Of a stretch of 64,000 nt of DNA, positions 41,102-54,044 are shown piece after piece; the stretch's first letter is position 1; the number at the start of each line of letters is the position of its first letter. Source of the stretch: Octopus vulgaris (taxonomy: Eukaryota); the NCBI GenBank assembly GCA_951406725.2, contig OX597820.1, positions 125,984,001 through 126,048,000 of the forward strand, written 5' to 3'. Both the position numbers and the translations under genes were made by a program. The notes beneath the pieces were generated by a model. The model was not told where the DNA came from. It saw only the letters and a list, made by a program, of their open reading frames with translations, and did not search any database.

Positions 41102-41867
41102 ATACACATACATATACACTCACATACATAAGGAATCATAGTGCCAAAGAAGAATAAGTACAATGTTTTCAGTCTGATATTTTTTTCTGTTCTTGTTTTT
41201 TTTTTCCGGATGGCAAGAGAAATCAATAAGATTTGCAGAAGAAATTAAAGTCTTAAGTATTGATTTCTTCTTCTTTTACATGAGATCACTTTCGATTGTT
41301 GTTGACTTCTGTCCGACGAAAGTTGACAAAACAAGTGAGTTTAGTCAACCAGATGACACAATGGGAATACATACGCTGATGTATATAATTTACATAACTA
41401 GAATTCTAGAGGCGGCGAAGAATACAGATCGACAAACACAACAGACGGCGTAATACAGGGATATATGCTTAATGGTAATTATTTTGCGAGCGAGAGAGCG
41501 AGCGAGACAGACAGATGAAGGGAAGTTGTGAGAGAGAATATAAAAGCAGAGAAATCATGGAAGAAAGACTGAGAGTGATATATGAGTGACCTGCTTCATT
41601 TTAATTATTGATAGATGCATCAACATAGTATGAAACATCTTGTAGAATGATAACAACGTTGACTTGTTTGCAAAACACAAGTACACCCATCCCTCCTCAC
41701 ATGTTCATACAGATTATACCTGCTACACACATGCATACATGTATATTCATATACTTGTGTACATATGTGTATATATATATTTCTGTGTGTATATGTACAT
41801 ACACATAAATATATACATATATATATACATACATACATATATATATACATACATGCATATACATATA

Positions 41868-41903
<36 letters not shown>

Positions 41904-42243
41904 TATATTTGACGGGAGGAATACAGATAGGAGAATAAGTTCTCAATACTTCTTGTAGAGTATGTTTATTGCTTGCGGTTCACCATTCCCTGCATAGCAA
42001 CTCTGGATTTTTTTATACTTACTTATGCTTCAGATCAGAACAGGTTACAGGATATGTTTTCTTTTTTTTTACGGTGTTATCCGAAAATCTGTGATATCGT
42101 ACCAAAATTAAAAATTTCCATGCATTTTATTCTATATAATGTGCTAAACTTTTCACTCATTTTCCTACACGAGAACCTAAATTTTCTTGGCGCTCCGCTA
42201 ACGACTTTGTATGACAATTAACAGTCCTGCTCGTACGTTTAAC

Positions 42244-42319
42244 ATGAACCGATACCTGAAAAACTGTGTTTTTATCAAATGTTGGGCATTCATAACCAGA
42301 GACTGTTGTTTCTTTGCTG
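42244..42319 (+). other. Candidate first coding exon (MNRYLKNCVFIKCWAFITRDCCFFA, phase-1 donor)
   Basis: aacATGa start context and a strong CTG|GTGAGT donor in repeat-poor sequence. No homology support. Confidence 0.25.
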
Positions 42320-43981
42320 GTGAGTGTTTAGTAGTGTTTAGTAGTGTTTAAAGACATAGAACCAGACATAGTTTGTCATAACTTCTGTAATAGCTATACA
42401 ATGTTTATACAATGTGACATCTCGCTTTTATTCAAACCAGTGTTTTAATATTCTTTAAAAGATGGAAAGAAATATAAACATATGGAATAGTTTCTCAAAC
42501 ATTAATATACGTGAGGATGCTTCTTTCCTGACTTTGATTTACACAGAAGTGTTTAGAGTTAAGGGCCTTAGTTAGGGATACAACCGCATACCTGAAATGG
42601 AGTCTTTATGCGGCTGCTTGATAAGCTGTAAACATTGGTAACATATGACACAAACAGCACCAAAGCAGCTAAAAGTTAAACGCATAGAATAACACAGTTC
42701 TCTGTGTATCGTTCTTGGGAAAAGATGAGACGGTCATGTATAGTATATCTTTCATAATATACGTAGCTATTCTTCATTAATTCAGCCCATGACTCGACAG
42801 AAACAGTGACACAATAACTAAAATTGAAACCGCAGTTCATACACTTGCATACAAATAAGCTTTTTAGTTCACAAATTACCTTACTTAGTTCGTGTGAACA
42901 CTAAATATCAGGACTTTGTCGACAAGACACTTGTCAAGGAACGGCACGCAGACTTTTGAAGTCAACTGATTTCTAGTTAGAGTTGTGCGGTATTTCCACC
43001 AGATTAGTTAGGATACGGCCAGATGTAAGAAGCAACCAAGACGATAGATATGGAAGCTAAAACCAGCTGACAAGAAACAGCAGATGGGACTCATTCTCTG
43101 ATGAAGAGTAAATCATTCCTTGCAGCTCCATTCAAGCGAAGCTTACAGGTTAAAGGACTAAACTTTTGTGACGCTGAACTACATGTTAATGAAACGCAAG
43201 AATTTTTTAACAATGCGATGGTGCAGAAGAAAAGTTGAGTAGCGCCTACTATTTTTTTTTTTTTTTTACGGGGGAAGGTATCTCTGATGTTTATTTCACC
43301 TGCTGTTGCGATTCTTAAAATATCATGTGAGTCTTTTATGTAAAGAGACAAAATTAAACACTGAAAATACGTTATCGTTATCAAATGTGAAAATTTCACC
43401 CATTTTCAATTCTTAGGAAAATGATAAAAAGAAAATGTTAAAAAAAGAAGTTACAGTATTTCTTGGTGCAAATCTGAATAATAGTGAAAATTTACTTCGA
43501 AAATAGAATTCTATTGGAAATAAAGGTTACAACTGACTCTTATACTTGGGCAAATTCCAATCTCATTTTCTCCTGTTATTTTGTTTTTCTTCTTTATTTG
43601 GCAAATAGTGAACTTATACTTTGCTTTCATTCGCTGGTTAGTTTAACAATGCTATTATTGTTGTTGTTGTTGGTGGTTAAATTAACTTGGAACTTCGTGT
43701 TCTGGCAAACGAACATATAAATATGTTTGAGGCGCAAATAGCCTGGAGTTTTTACTGCCACAGTTTTTCGGATAATGGATTCTAATAACTTAACCCAAGT
43801 CGCAAATGTTGACACCATGTTATTAGAAAATAGAAATTTATCTCGCTATATTTTTGGGTTTATATCGTTACTGAATTTATTTTTGTTATTTTTATTTTTG
43901 TGAAGCCCCTGGGGATATTTGACTGAGAACACCTGCGATGAAACGCATTCCTGTCATAATTTCTTCCATCTATATCGCAAC

Positions 43982-44020
<39 letters not shown>

Positions 44021-44843
44021 TATAAATATATATATATACATATATATATACATATCCAAAATTAAGCTATGTATATTCTTCCACTTTAAAATAACAAATA
44101 ATATTTAAAAGAGATGCGGTTGCTATTTTTCGTATGTCTAGCAACACCCTAGAGCAGAAGTCGTTAAACTTATTTTTTCTATGACCTCTTCATGGAATCG
44201 TTGATAATTTATGGAATCCACCACCAAACCTATCATGGCAATTTAATTTCTAAATTAAAATTGGAAAGTATAATTAAATAAAAAATACAATCTTCATTTA
44301 AAAACAATAAATCGTTTGCTGTTTTGTGCCATTACCACTTTTTAAGAAGAAATATTTGAATAAATTTGATTAAAAATATTTAATGAAATTGATAAAAAAC
44401 AAAAAAATTCAGTCATATTATTTTGATATCGTGGGAATATTTAATATGAAATATATGTTTAATGAATAGCAGATACTGCATCGATATTTGGGTCGAAATT
44501 AGTAAATTTTAGTCTTAAACAACTGTGCTTTTCCAGATTCGGTTCGCTAATAATTCAGGACCTTTAATGATCAAAATTATTTCAGATGTTTATGTACCCT
44601 TTGGATAGCTGCGTAAATTCCAAGGAGTCAACAGTGACCACTGAACCAACCTCCGGCCTCGAAATGTACTGGTCAATTATAATATTTCTTGACAGGCTAC
44701 ATCTTCGAATTTACCGAAGTGAGTCAGCATAAGCGGTTTAACATATAGAATATATAAATATGGTGGTTATTTCAGGAAAGTGGATATGTCTATGAATATA
44801 TACCTAGACATATGCACATATAAGTATATACATGTATGCGTGC

Positions 44844-44896
<53 letters not shown>

Positions 44897-44897
<1 letters not shown>

Positions 44898-46090
44898 TAA
44901 CTGAATAGCTCGTCGTTGCCAGGCAATTGTAACAATAGAATGTCTTATATAAATTTTTCTTTATTCGATTCCTGAGCAGTCATTTCCCGACAAATAGTCC
45001 TCTTAATCTGGACAGATTTGTGCAATTTTTCGCCAAACATTTTCGTTGAGGATTTTTTTTTCCTTTTTAAATTATTTACATGTATGTTCCACCATTTTAC
45101 ATGACCATTTTCGTTAAACCTTCATAAATTCTTAAAACTTTGGTCGTCCAAATGGTTTCCTTTTGCTTGTTTAATACAAAATCTTCCTCCTAGTGATTTT
45201 GCATTTATTTCGTGATACATAGCTATCATGCCAAAAATGCTCTCAATCAAGCAGAAAATGCCAGCTTCCAAATCCTACTTTCTGATTAGTTACAATTGAT
45301 TAAACTTTAAACCTCAGTAACACATTTCTGCAACTTTTCTGGAACAAATAAATGGCAAAATAGAATTTAACGTGGAAAATTATTTCAATATACCAATTCT
45401 GATGTAATTTTAAAATCTCACAATATGTGACAGCATCAGAGAAGACCCTACAAATGTAGAGAGACAGACAGTGACACAAACACATACATACACACACATT
45501 TACAAACGTACAAACAGGTAATCACGAGTTTAAAATGGTGTATAGTAGACATATGTGTGTGTATATATGTATGTATGTGCGTACGTATGTATATGTATGA
45601 ATTTATGTGTGTGTGTGTCTGTGTGCGAGTGTTTCTTTGAGATGGGCAGCAGAAAATATACCTACCGCCTCTCTCCTTAAACTACCTATTCCTCACACCC
45701 CCTTTTTTCTGTGTGTGTGCGTATGTGTGTGTGTGTGTTGTATCTATGTATTTACGAAAGTATATATGCAGTGTCACGTTATATGACAGCTGTAGTACCG
45801 TTACCATCCTCTAGCCACCGCTGTTCTCGCTTTCATCGATATAAGACATCCTCTCTCTGTTGCTACGTTTCCTTCAGACTAATAATTTTTGCAAACTTCA
45901 CGTTTTTATCATATAATTCCCCAACGCCCCTGGGGTGCACATCATAGATTTTTGTTGAAATCCAATTAGCCTATTATTGATATTATTGAACTAGATATTA
46001 GTGTAACATGTATGCAAAGTGTCGTGAAAATTGATCCACTGGTTTAGGCACTAATATTGTAACAGACAAACAGACAGAAATTGCTATTTA
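44897..46090 (-). mobile_element. Possible decayed Helitron/DINE-like element
   Basis: Minus-strand 5' tctgtctgtttgtctgt motif at ~46060-46085. The 3' ggcaacgacgagc at ~44905-44920 resembles the Helitron ends elsewhere in the window. Confidence 0.4.
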
Positions 46091-46121
46091 CGCACACATG
46101 TGTGCGTGTGTGTGTGTGTAT

Positions 46122-46168
<47 letters not shown>

Positions 46169-46172
<4 letters not shown>

Positions 46173-47715
46173 GGAAAATGGAGACAAACTCACAAGCTGT
46201 TATTTCAACCATTCATATCATCTATATCAACTTATCACCGATATAGTTTCGATTGATGCAGTAGTATAAATCCGAGAGGAAGAATAATGTCCAAAAGTGC
46301 ATCAGTCACAGCGGGGAAGAGATTATAAAAAAAGAATGCTCATCAATAAATCTTTTTTACGGATGTAAGAAACTACAATATATAATTGCTGTCAAAGCGA
46401 CGAAAATATTTTGACAAATTAAATTCAAATGTTGAAGTGAATCTAACGGATTTTGTGTGTTTCTTAAGTGGCTTATAATCACCTTCCACGATGCAATTGT
46501 TTTCGTTCCAGCACACGATCTCAGATCAGGTAACTTGCTATGCAAGTACATCTTTCTCTATCTGGTCAGAAAACTAGACCTGATAGAGAAAAACTAAAGT
46601 TATTTTTGAATTTAGCCGGTAAAATCACTTAAGAATTCGTTGAAATATTTCAAGGCAGTAGACAAAAAAAAAAATTGGAGGTTGGTCAGTGTTATCATTA
46701 TAAATAGCATTGTTATTACAGTTATTAAGCGAAACCCATTTACCATTAAAATATTGTTGTTATGCGAGGATATACTTTGTAGAATGTTATTAGAGTTGCA
46801 GAAACCAGTTTGGTTATGATGTGCGTTGAGAATGGAATGGTTCCTTGAATTTTGGGGAAAGTTCATTTCCATGGATTGACGAAACAGGTAAGGAAGGTTA
46901 TTTTTAATTTGTTTTCCATATGAAATAACCAAATAGTTTTACTAAGGTCTTGTAATTTATAGGGAGATTTTTCATTAAAAAATTCCTGTAGATTTTTTTA
47001 TTTTATTTTTCAGAAAAAGAGTGGGGAAGTATAGTTACCTCTTTTAGAGTGATTATTTTAAAATTTACCAAATTAGGTTGTTGGCTATTTCCATATAAGC
47101 AATTATTATCTGGATTATTACTTACGGAAGAAACATTGTAAGTATTATTATTATCATTATTATTATTATTATTATTACTATTATTATTATTACTATAACT
47201 ACTGTCAACCAGATTATTAGAGGTTAAACCAAGATTAAGAGGGTTATAATACTTAAGTTGCTTCTTATATCCTGCTGTATATAAGGCCGAATTCGAGAAA
47301 TCAATGTTATTATTGGCTGATAATTTTGAAATTCTAAGCTATATGTTTTTAACCACTTCTTTTGTTGATATATTTTAGATCGGTTGAATGCTTATGGTAT
47401 GGGAAATATAAAGCTTTATTTAATTTGAGTGTAATGTGAAAGAAATTAACCTTCGTTCTATCATCATTTTGTAATTTTTGATTAGATATATTCCGGAGGT
47501 AAGAAGATAATCGTCGTTATATAAACCACCGAGAATATATGGAAATTGGTCAGCCATTTCTGATAGAATATAAATACCGTCCCAATCAGAAATTTGAGCT
47601 GAGTCACTAGACCCCATACGTATATCAAAGCGGTCAGGTCGATCTTTACGAACCCAAAATTTATTATCAAATTTGATAATAGATTTTCTGGCCGCTAAAA
47701 ACATTAATTTCATCC
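46169..47715 (-). mobile_element. Penelope-like retroelement relic (RT core, linker, decayed GIY-YIG region, 3' HHR remnant)
   Basis: FDIRMGSSDSAQISD..GIYIL...GGLYNDD matches the PLE RT FDVTMGSxDGAExC...GLYRDD. Also NFP..SRNHSILN...ISSHNNNIL, and an HHR-like stem gactgatgca/tgcatcaatc-GAAACTATATC at 46307-46240. Confidence 0.8.
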
Positions 47716-48241
47716 TGGGTATGGTCGGATTTATTATGCACGAACCCTAGGGCCTTCTTAAGGATGATAGGATTATGGGGTCATGGCATGATGGGTGAGT
47801 ACGCCTGATGAAATATTTTTCACCTGGATCGAGAGCAACATTAAATCACAATGGCATTGATGTATAATTTATTTGGTTATTGGTAGTGACTTTCAATATA
47901 AACATACTGGAACAAAACTCAACTCCCTTTTCATTTCAATGTTGGATGTCTTTTTGTTGAGATTCCTTGAGAATAACCAAATAGATATTCTACAAAAATT
48001 ACGCTGTGGGGTAAGACAACGAGGTGTGAAGTAAATAAGACTGGTGGTAGTTGGTACATGAATTTTAGTTTTCCCAGTAGACATTCTTCAATAACTAAGC
48101 AGTGGAGTATTTAAGATAACGAAGTTTGGTGTAAATATGATAGATGGATAGGTGCTACATGAATTTTGGCTTTATGAACAAGCGCAAGTAGACAATCTAC
48201 AATAAGTTTATATATATACACATACACGTACACACTCACTG

Positions 48242-48274
<33 letters not shown>

Positions 48275-48279
<5 letters not shown>

Positions 48280-48997
48280 GCAAATATATGTCACAATTAT
48301 TCGGTAGCCATGATAAAAGTTCAGTTCTTGAATTTCGAATCATGTCCATATGTGGCTAAATATTTGTTACGTTTTTGGTCCCCTCGAGATTACAGATAGG
48401 ACTTACTTTCTATATTGTGTCCACATGCAAGCTTTTATCTCTCTATACTATTTACTTATATTTCTTATATAATTTTATATATGTTTTTACATATTTATAT
48501 AGATATTGGCTTTTCTGTATTTTGCCTTTAGCCCTGTTTTTTCTTGTGCATGTGCGTATATTGACGTGTGTACGAACCATTTTTTGTGCGTGCGTGTATG
48601 TGTGTGCGAGCGTGTATGCGAGTATGTATATATTTTTTTGGCGAATGTGTGGGTGTGTATGTGTGTATTTCAAGTGAGGGTGGATGAGTATATACATATA
48701 GGCGCATGTACGTGGGTGTGCGGGCGTGCATGTGTATGTGTGGACATGCGCGCTTACGCGATAACAATGGAATTTTTACTCCCTCCCCTTACTTAGTGGT
48801 TATTTGAATAGCTCTTTTGTCTTAATAACAGTCAATCACACAGTAATTCCTCCTTGTTTTAACGGTCATTTTCATAGCATTATTTTCGATGGCGCGATAA
48901 CTGAGGAGATGCTGGCGTGGGTATCCGCCCCGACATCCGAAACTCGGAGTTTTATCATGGCTACCGAATAATTGTCACATATTATATTTACAGATAA
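48275..48997 (+). mobile_element. Non-coding ~700-bp element with terminal inverted repeats and 3' hammerhead
   Basis: IR 48289-48318 / 48950-48979 (29/30), HHR at 48896-48956, flanked by TA-rich sequence. Confidence 0.85.
48896..48956 (+). ncRNA. Type I hammerhead ribozyme candidate with intact core boxes
   Basis: gataa-CTGAGGA-gatg(ctggcgtgggtatccgccccga)catc-c-GAA-ACT(cgg)AGT-T-ttatc. The triplet is GUU, with one extra C before GAA. Confidence 0.75.
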
Positions 48998-50814
48998 ATT
49001 CCTCTATTTGCATAAGATCGAGTTCTCTTTCCTGCTTTTGTTGTCTTACCATTTTGTACCAATATATATATATATCGTAAAAAATATATTTGTCAACTAA
49101 ATGCAATGATCCCATAGAGGACGATATTACTCATGTTTTAGCCACGGAAGGCATCTCCTCCAGCTGGCTAATGGCACACTGTCTGTGTCCGATTAGTATT
49201 TGCGAGGGGAGGTCATCGTACTGTTGTGGGTTCAATTCTTGGACAGGACGCTTCATTTCACTTTGTTGCAGCATATTCAGCTGAAGGTTAATATCTTAAA
49301 ACAGGTGCAGATCATTCTCTCCCTTCAGATGTATCATTCTGCTTGAGTCATCGGATCAAGGAGTACTGGAGTGGTGAGCGATTCTCTGTCGACTCGTGAC
49401 TCCACAGATATTGCAAAAGCAAAGTGCAGCTTCCCAAGCCAAACTCACTCACGGGTAATGGTTGGTTCTCTGTTTTTGTGTTTGGGTTCGGGTTATATGC
49501 ACATGGACACACACAAACACAAGTACATACAAACATATATCTTTATCTTTCTTCGCTTTTTACCTTTTACATGTTTCAGTCAGTAGACTACGGACATACT
49601 GGAGCACCGCCTTGACGAAGTTGCAGTCGATTCAATTGACCCCGGTACTTACATTATTGCATAAAATGACAAAATGAAATTACTTTTGATTATTCACTTG
49701 ACCTACTAGAAATTACAGTCAACTCACCCTGAAATCTTTGAATAGTGCAGTCCTGTGTGTATTAGGTAAATATTTGGAGATTATAGTGAGAACACTTTTC
49801 ATCATAGACTTGTTCAATAAAAATTGAGCAAGTCTAGTGTTCTTAAAAGATAGTAATACGCAGAAAACCATAACTATTTGGACTACACACAATAGAGTAA
49901 ATCGACGGCAGTCGATGAAATAAACCACTTGAACGGCTTGCTTTAATTATTGACCCTTAAAAACGAAAGGCAAAGTTGGCTTCTACATGATTTGAACTCA
50001 GAAGATAAAAATCGGGACAAATGACACTCTAACGATTCTGCTAATTGACTGTCTTCGTTTGAACTTTAATAAGAAAGCTTCAGAACGCAATGGAAACCGG
50101 CACAGTTTTTCATGTTCAACCTGGGGAACAATGGTATCCATAATGAACATTTAGGGTCCTACATCTCTGATCTTATGAAAGCAGAATAATATTTAACCAA
50201 AAGGGTAGCCTCTAAGCTTGAAAGGTAATGCATTGCACTACTTGTGCAGCCTAAGATGCAGGCGGTGGTGTTGATCTGGTCGACAAATTAAGTCTACGGC
50301 ACAACAGAGAGTGACCGGCTCTTGGAGAAGCAAATTATATGGTGTTAACTCACAAGGATTTGAACGACAGAATTCTAAATTACGAACAATGTTTCACAAG
50401 GTGATAAGCTGAGAAATCGAAATGGGAACCGGATGGTATCAACAAAGCAAGCATCTTTAACGCACAACTACGAATTTATCCATAAACGGATGATGCAATT
50501 TACGTATGTCGCAATATGTTTTAAGTTCAAATGCTATGAAGGTCGATTTTATTTTCGTCCTTTAATACTCTATAAAATAACTAGCTGTCAATTACTGAGA
50601 GTGAACAAATCAATTACTTTGCTGCCCACTTGTACTGTGCCAACGATATATCATAGACAATAACAATGCTACATTTTCATGAAAGTAATTTATCTTCATA
50701 ACAAACCAGATACACATATGTATATAATATATACGTGTGTGTATACACATATATTCACAGATATAAACCTACCTTTGTATTTAAACTTTACATACATACA
50801 TACATACATATATG

Positions 50815-50862
<48 letters not shown>

Positions 50863-51099
50863 GACACATACACACATTATATATATATATATAGAGAGAG
50901 AGAGACATATACATATGCGATGCGTAAATTGTCGCCATATCATATTTTGTATTTCGTGCATGTGCATTGTTTCTTTTTGATTTTGTCTACTACACAGGAT
51001 AGTAGGGTCATTTGGGCACCGTCTGTGAGAACAGAAGCACAATGACGCAATTCACTCTGCCAAAAGTCATGTAGTACTGTTTGGCATTCGCACCGGAAG

Positions 51100-51680
51100 C
51101 TCCAAATCGGATATTTCCGAGTGGTTAGGTGTTAATCTGAGGACATGTATCGAGAGTGATAAAATTCAAATATCCAGTCAACATCATTGTGTTTGGAGTG
51201 ATCATTAGTGATCAAAATCTACACGGAGGTCTACATCAAGTGGCTGGAGGAGGTACTGCTGCTCTGGATCAAGAAGGTGGCTGCTGTAAGGTCCACCAAA
51301 GCACCATACCACAAAAGCAGTAGAACCCAGTCATGGCTGTCATATAATTTCTGCGACAACATCACCCCTAATATCTGGTCACCTAACTCTCAAAACTGCA
51401 ACTCCCTTGGTTATTATGTGTGGGCCGCTGTTGAGCGAGATACCAACAAAACTCCTTGTAACACCAAAGATGAACTGAAGGCAAGGATTATGGCAACATT
51501 CACCAACTTAAGAAACCACCCAGAAGAGTAGCAGGCAATTTTATAGATTGAATTTACTTTTAAGTATTTCAGGATATTTTTATGTAATTTTGGTAACTAT
51601 ATCTGTTAAGGTGTGTTGTCAGTGTTATTTTCATTTTCGCGTAATATTTTGAAGACAGTTTATTCACCGCACCTTGTGTA
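51100..51680 (+). mobile_element. Tc1/mariner (maT/DD37D-like) transposase relic
   Basis: APYHKSSRTQSWL...NIWSPNSQNCNSLGYYVWAAVER...DELKARI resembles WPPNSPDLNPLDYYVW. The element ends ...caccttgtgTA. Confidence 0.8.
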
Positions 51681-52018
51681 TATATTATATATATATATAT
51701 ATTAGGTGTTGAACCCGGCGTTGTTCGTGTTTTCCGTGTTGAAGTTATTCCCACCTCTGACCTTGGATTGAAATCTTCTACGTTCCCCGTGCCAACTATT
51801 GCCCTTTAAGATGTTATATCTGGTTCGGTAGGGATTTTACCTGATTAACGCTTTCGATATACTCCTACATACTGGACCTTCGGAAATCTCAGTGAAACTT
51901 TTGGGTGTACGTCGACCCATTGAGAGTAATTTTTGTTTATTTCTCTCCTCTTGATGCACCTCTGTATAAAATTGATCAACGTGTCCAGTCTCAGCAAAAT
52001 CCTAAGAAATGTGTAAAA

Positions 52019-53771
52019 GTTAGTTAGTTAGTTAGTTAGTTAATTTGGCTCAAAAGCAAATAGCAAGGCCATGTAGGGGGACATGGAGTTAAGTACAGGG
52101 TGGTGTTCCTGTAAAGAGTTCAGGCCACTTGAGGTCAAGGGAGGCTTTGAACAAAGCGGTCCTCGGCATCTTCACCATCTCGTCTGGCAGCTTGTTCCAC
52201 GGATCCGCAACCCGGACGGAGAAAGCTCCTCTCCTTCGATTGAGATGAAATCGTCGCAGATAGAGCTTTTCGGAATGACCCTGCAGCCGACGCTCTGGAG
52301 CAGGAGTGAAGAACAGCTCTTTCGAGAGGTTACACTTTCCGCTTATGATGCTGTGGGCGAGAATGAGATCACCACGGCGGCAGCGTTTTTCTAGAGAATA
52401 AAGGTCGAGCGTCCTCAGCCTTTCTTCATAGGACAAATTTTTGAGACCATGAACCATGCGGGTAGCCAGCTTCTGGACTCTTTCGAGATGCTGTATGTCT
52501 TTGAGGAGATAAGGAGAAGAGGCTTGAATCCCGTATTCCAATATGGGTTTCACCAGCGTGACATAGAGTGGTAGGAATATGGCTGCTGTGAGCATTCCGA
52601 ATGACCGTCGAATCAAGAACAGAATTCCGCGTGCTTTGTTGGCAGCATGGACGCACTGGGCCGAAGGCGAAAAGGAGGAATCCACCAAGATACCCAGGTC
52701 CTTTACCTGATCGGTCCTCTCCAGCAGCAGACGACCCGGCTCGAAATCAAGTCGAGTTGCAGGAGGAGATCCAACAGGCAGATAACAGCACTTTGACACG
52801 TTCAGACACAGGTCCCATTCGTTAGACCACCTCCAAATTTGGTGGATGCATCGACGAAGATCCTCTATATCACCGCGAGGAGCGACCAGTTTGACATCGT
52901 CGGCAAATAGAAGGGTGTGTTGCGTGAGGTCGTCGGGCAAGTCATTTATGAAGACTAAGAACAATAAGGGCCCAAGCACTGAACCTTGAGGCACGCCACT
53001 GCTTGCACTGGAGACGTCGGACCGCGAACCATTAACTTGGACTTGGAAGGAGCAATCTGAGAGGAAGGCACCAACCCATCGTGCAATATCCGGATGGAAA
53101 CTATATGCATGAAGCTTGACAAGTAATAGGCGGTGGTTTACCGAGTCAAAAGCTTTGGCAAAGTCCAATAAAACGATGTCAACAGCATCACTATCATCGA
53201 GGATGCGCGTCACCAATTCTTCCATCACCAGTAAGTTGGTCAAGCATGATCTCTTCGGCACGAATCCGTGTTGGGAATCATAGATGGAGGCTGTGTTTTG
53301 GAGGTGGAGCATCATACTTTTCTTAAGGATGGTTTCGAACATCTTGCTGATTATTGATGTAAGGGAAACCGGTCGGAAGTTAAGCGGGTCTTCGCGGCTC
53401 CCTTTCTTGAAAATTGGGCAGATTATCGCTGTTCTCCAGTCCGCAGGTATAACGCCTGTCGCCAATGACATATTGAATAGACGTGTTAAGGGCCCGCAGA
53501 TGACCGGAGCCAACGCTTTGATAACCCGTGGGTGTAAGCCGTCAGGGCCGTGACCCTTGTTGACATCGAGGCCTTGAATAACACGTTTGACTTCGTCCCG
53601 CGTGATGACCAATCGAAGCATTGGAGGTACCGATCTATCAAATCGAGGGGGTTCACGACCGTCATCTTGTTTGAAAATAGTTGAAAAAGCCTCGGCAAAT
53701 AATTGACTCTGTTGATAAGGGTCCTCAATCGATACGCCTGTTGAGTCTACCAACGTTGCAATCTGGTTGTT
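52019..53771 (-). mobile_element. 5'-truncated CR1/L2-group LINE with (TAAC)n tail
   Basis: Abrupt GC-rich block containing the RT ORF below, a short 3' UTR and a (TAAC)n tail at 52019-52043. Confidence 0.93.
52089..53753 (-). CDS. Non-LTR retrotransposon reverse transcriptase (CR1-type ORF2, endonuclease truncated), uninterrupted 554 aa
   Basis: GPDGLHP, PIFKKG, NFRPVSLTS, QHGF, LDFAKAFDSV, GVPQGSVLGPLLF, LFADD, KDLG, LERVQ..ATR and RGDLI motifs. Confidence 0.93.
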   Translation of the reverse strand: MVDSTGVSIEDPYQQSQLFAEAFSTIFKQDDGREPPRFDRSVPPMLRLVITRDEVKRVIQGLDVNKGHGPDGLHPRVIKALAPVICGPLTRLFNMSLATGVIPADWRTAIICPIFKKGSREDPLNFRPVSLTSIISKMFETILKKSMMLHLQNTASIYDSQHGFVPKRSCLTNLLVMEELVTRILDDSDAVDIVLLDFAKAFDSVNHRLLLVKLHAYSFHPDIARWVGAFLSDCSFQVQVNGSRSDVSSASSGVPQGSVLGPLLFLVFINDLPDDLTQHTLLFADDVKLVAPRGDIEDLRRCIHQIWRWSNEWDLCLNVSKCCYLPVGSPPATRLDFEPGRLLLERTDQVKDLGILVDSSFSPSAQCVHAANKARGILFLIRRSFGMLTAAIFLPLYVTLVKPILEYGIQASSPYLLKDIQHLERVQKLATRMVHGLKNLSYEERLRTLDLYSLEKRCRRGDLILAHSIISGKCNLSKELFFTPAPERRLQGHSEKLYLRRFHLNRRRGAFSVRVADPWNKLPDEMVKMPRTALFKASLDLKWPELFTGTPPCT

Positions 53772-53811
53772 ATATCATAAAATAGAATCCATGTGAACAT
53801 TTATATGAAAA

Positions 53812-53847
<36 letters not shown>

Positions 53848-54044
53848 CATGTGTATATTTATATTATATATATACATATATAAATTGATGTGTATTTTTC
53901 CCTTGTTTGCAATTAACATGGAATAAATATCTAAATATTTACCAGGGTAGCAAAACGTCGAACAAGTAAAGTTGGCACAATACCTTGTTTTTAAAGGTAG
54001 AAACTCGCGGTTTATGTGAAATATTTTGTATTATATATATATAA

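Noticed and set aside
53965-54020. tacct/aggta-GAAACTCGCGGTT half hammerhead
   Set aside because: The 5' core and stem I are unrecognisable, too decayed to call.
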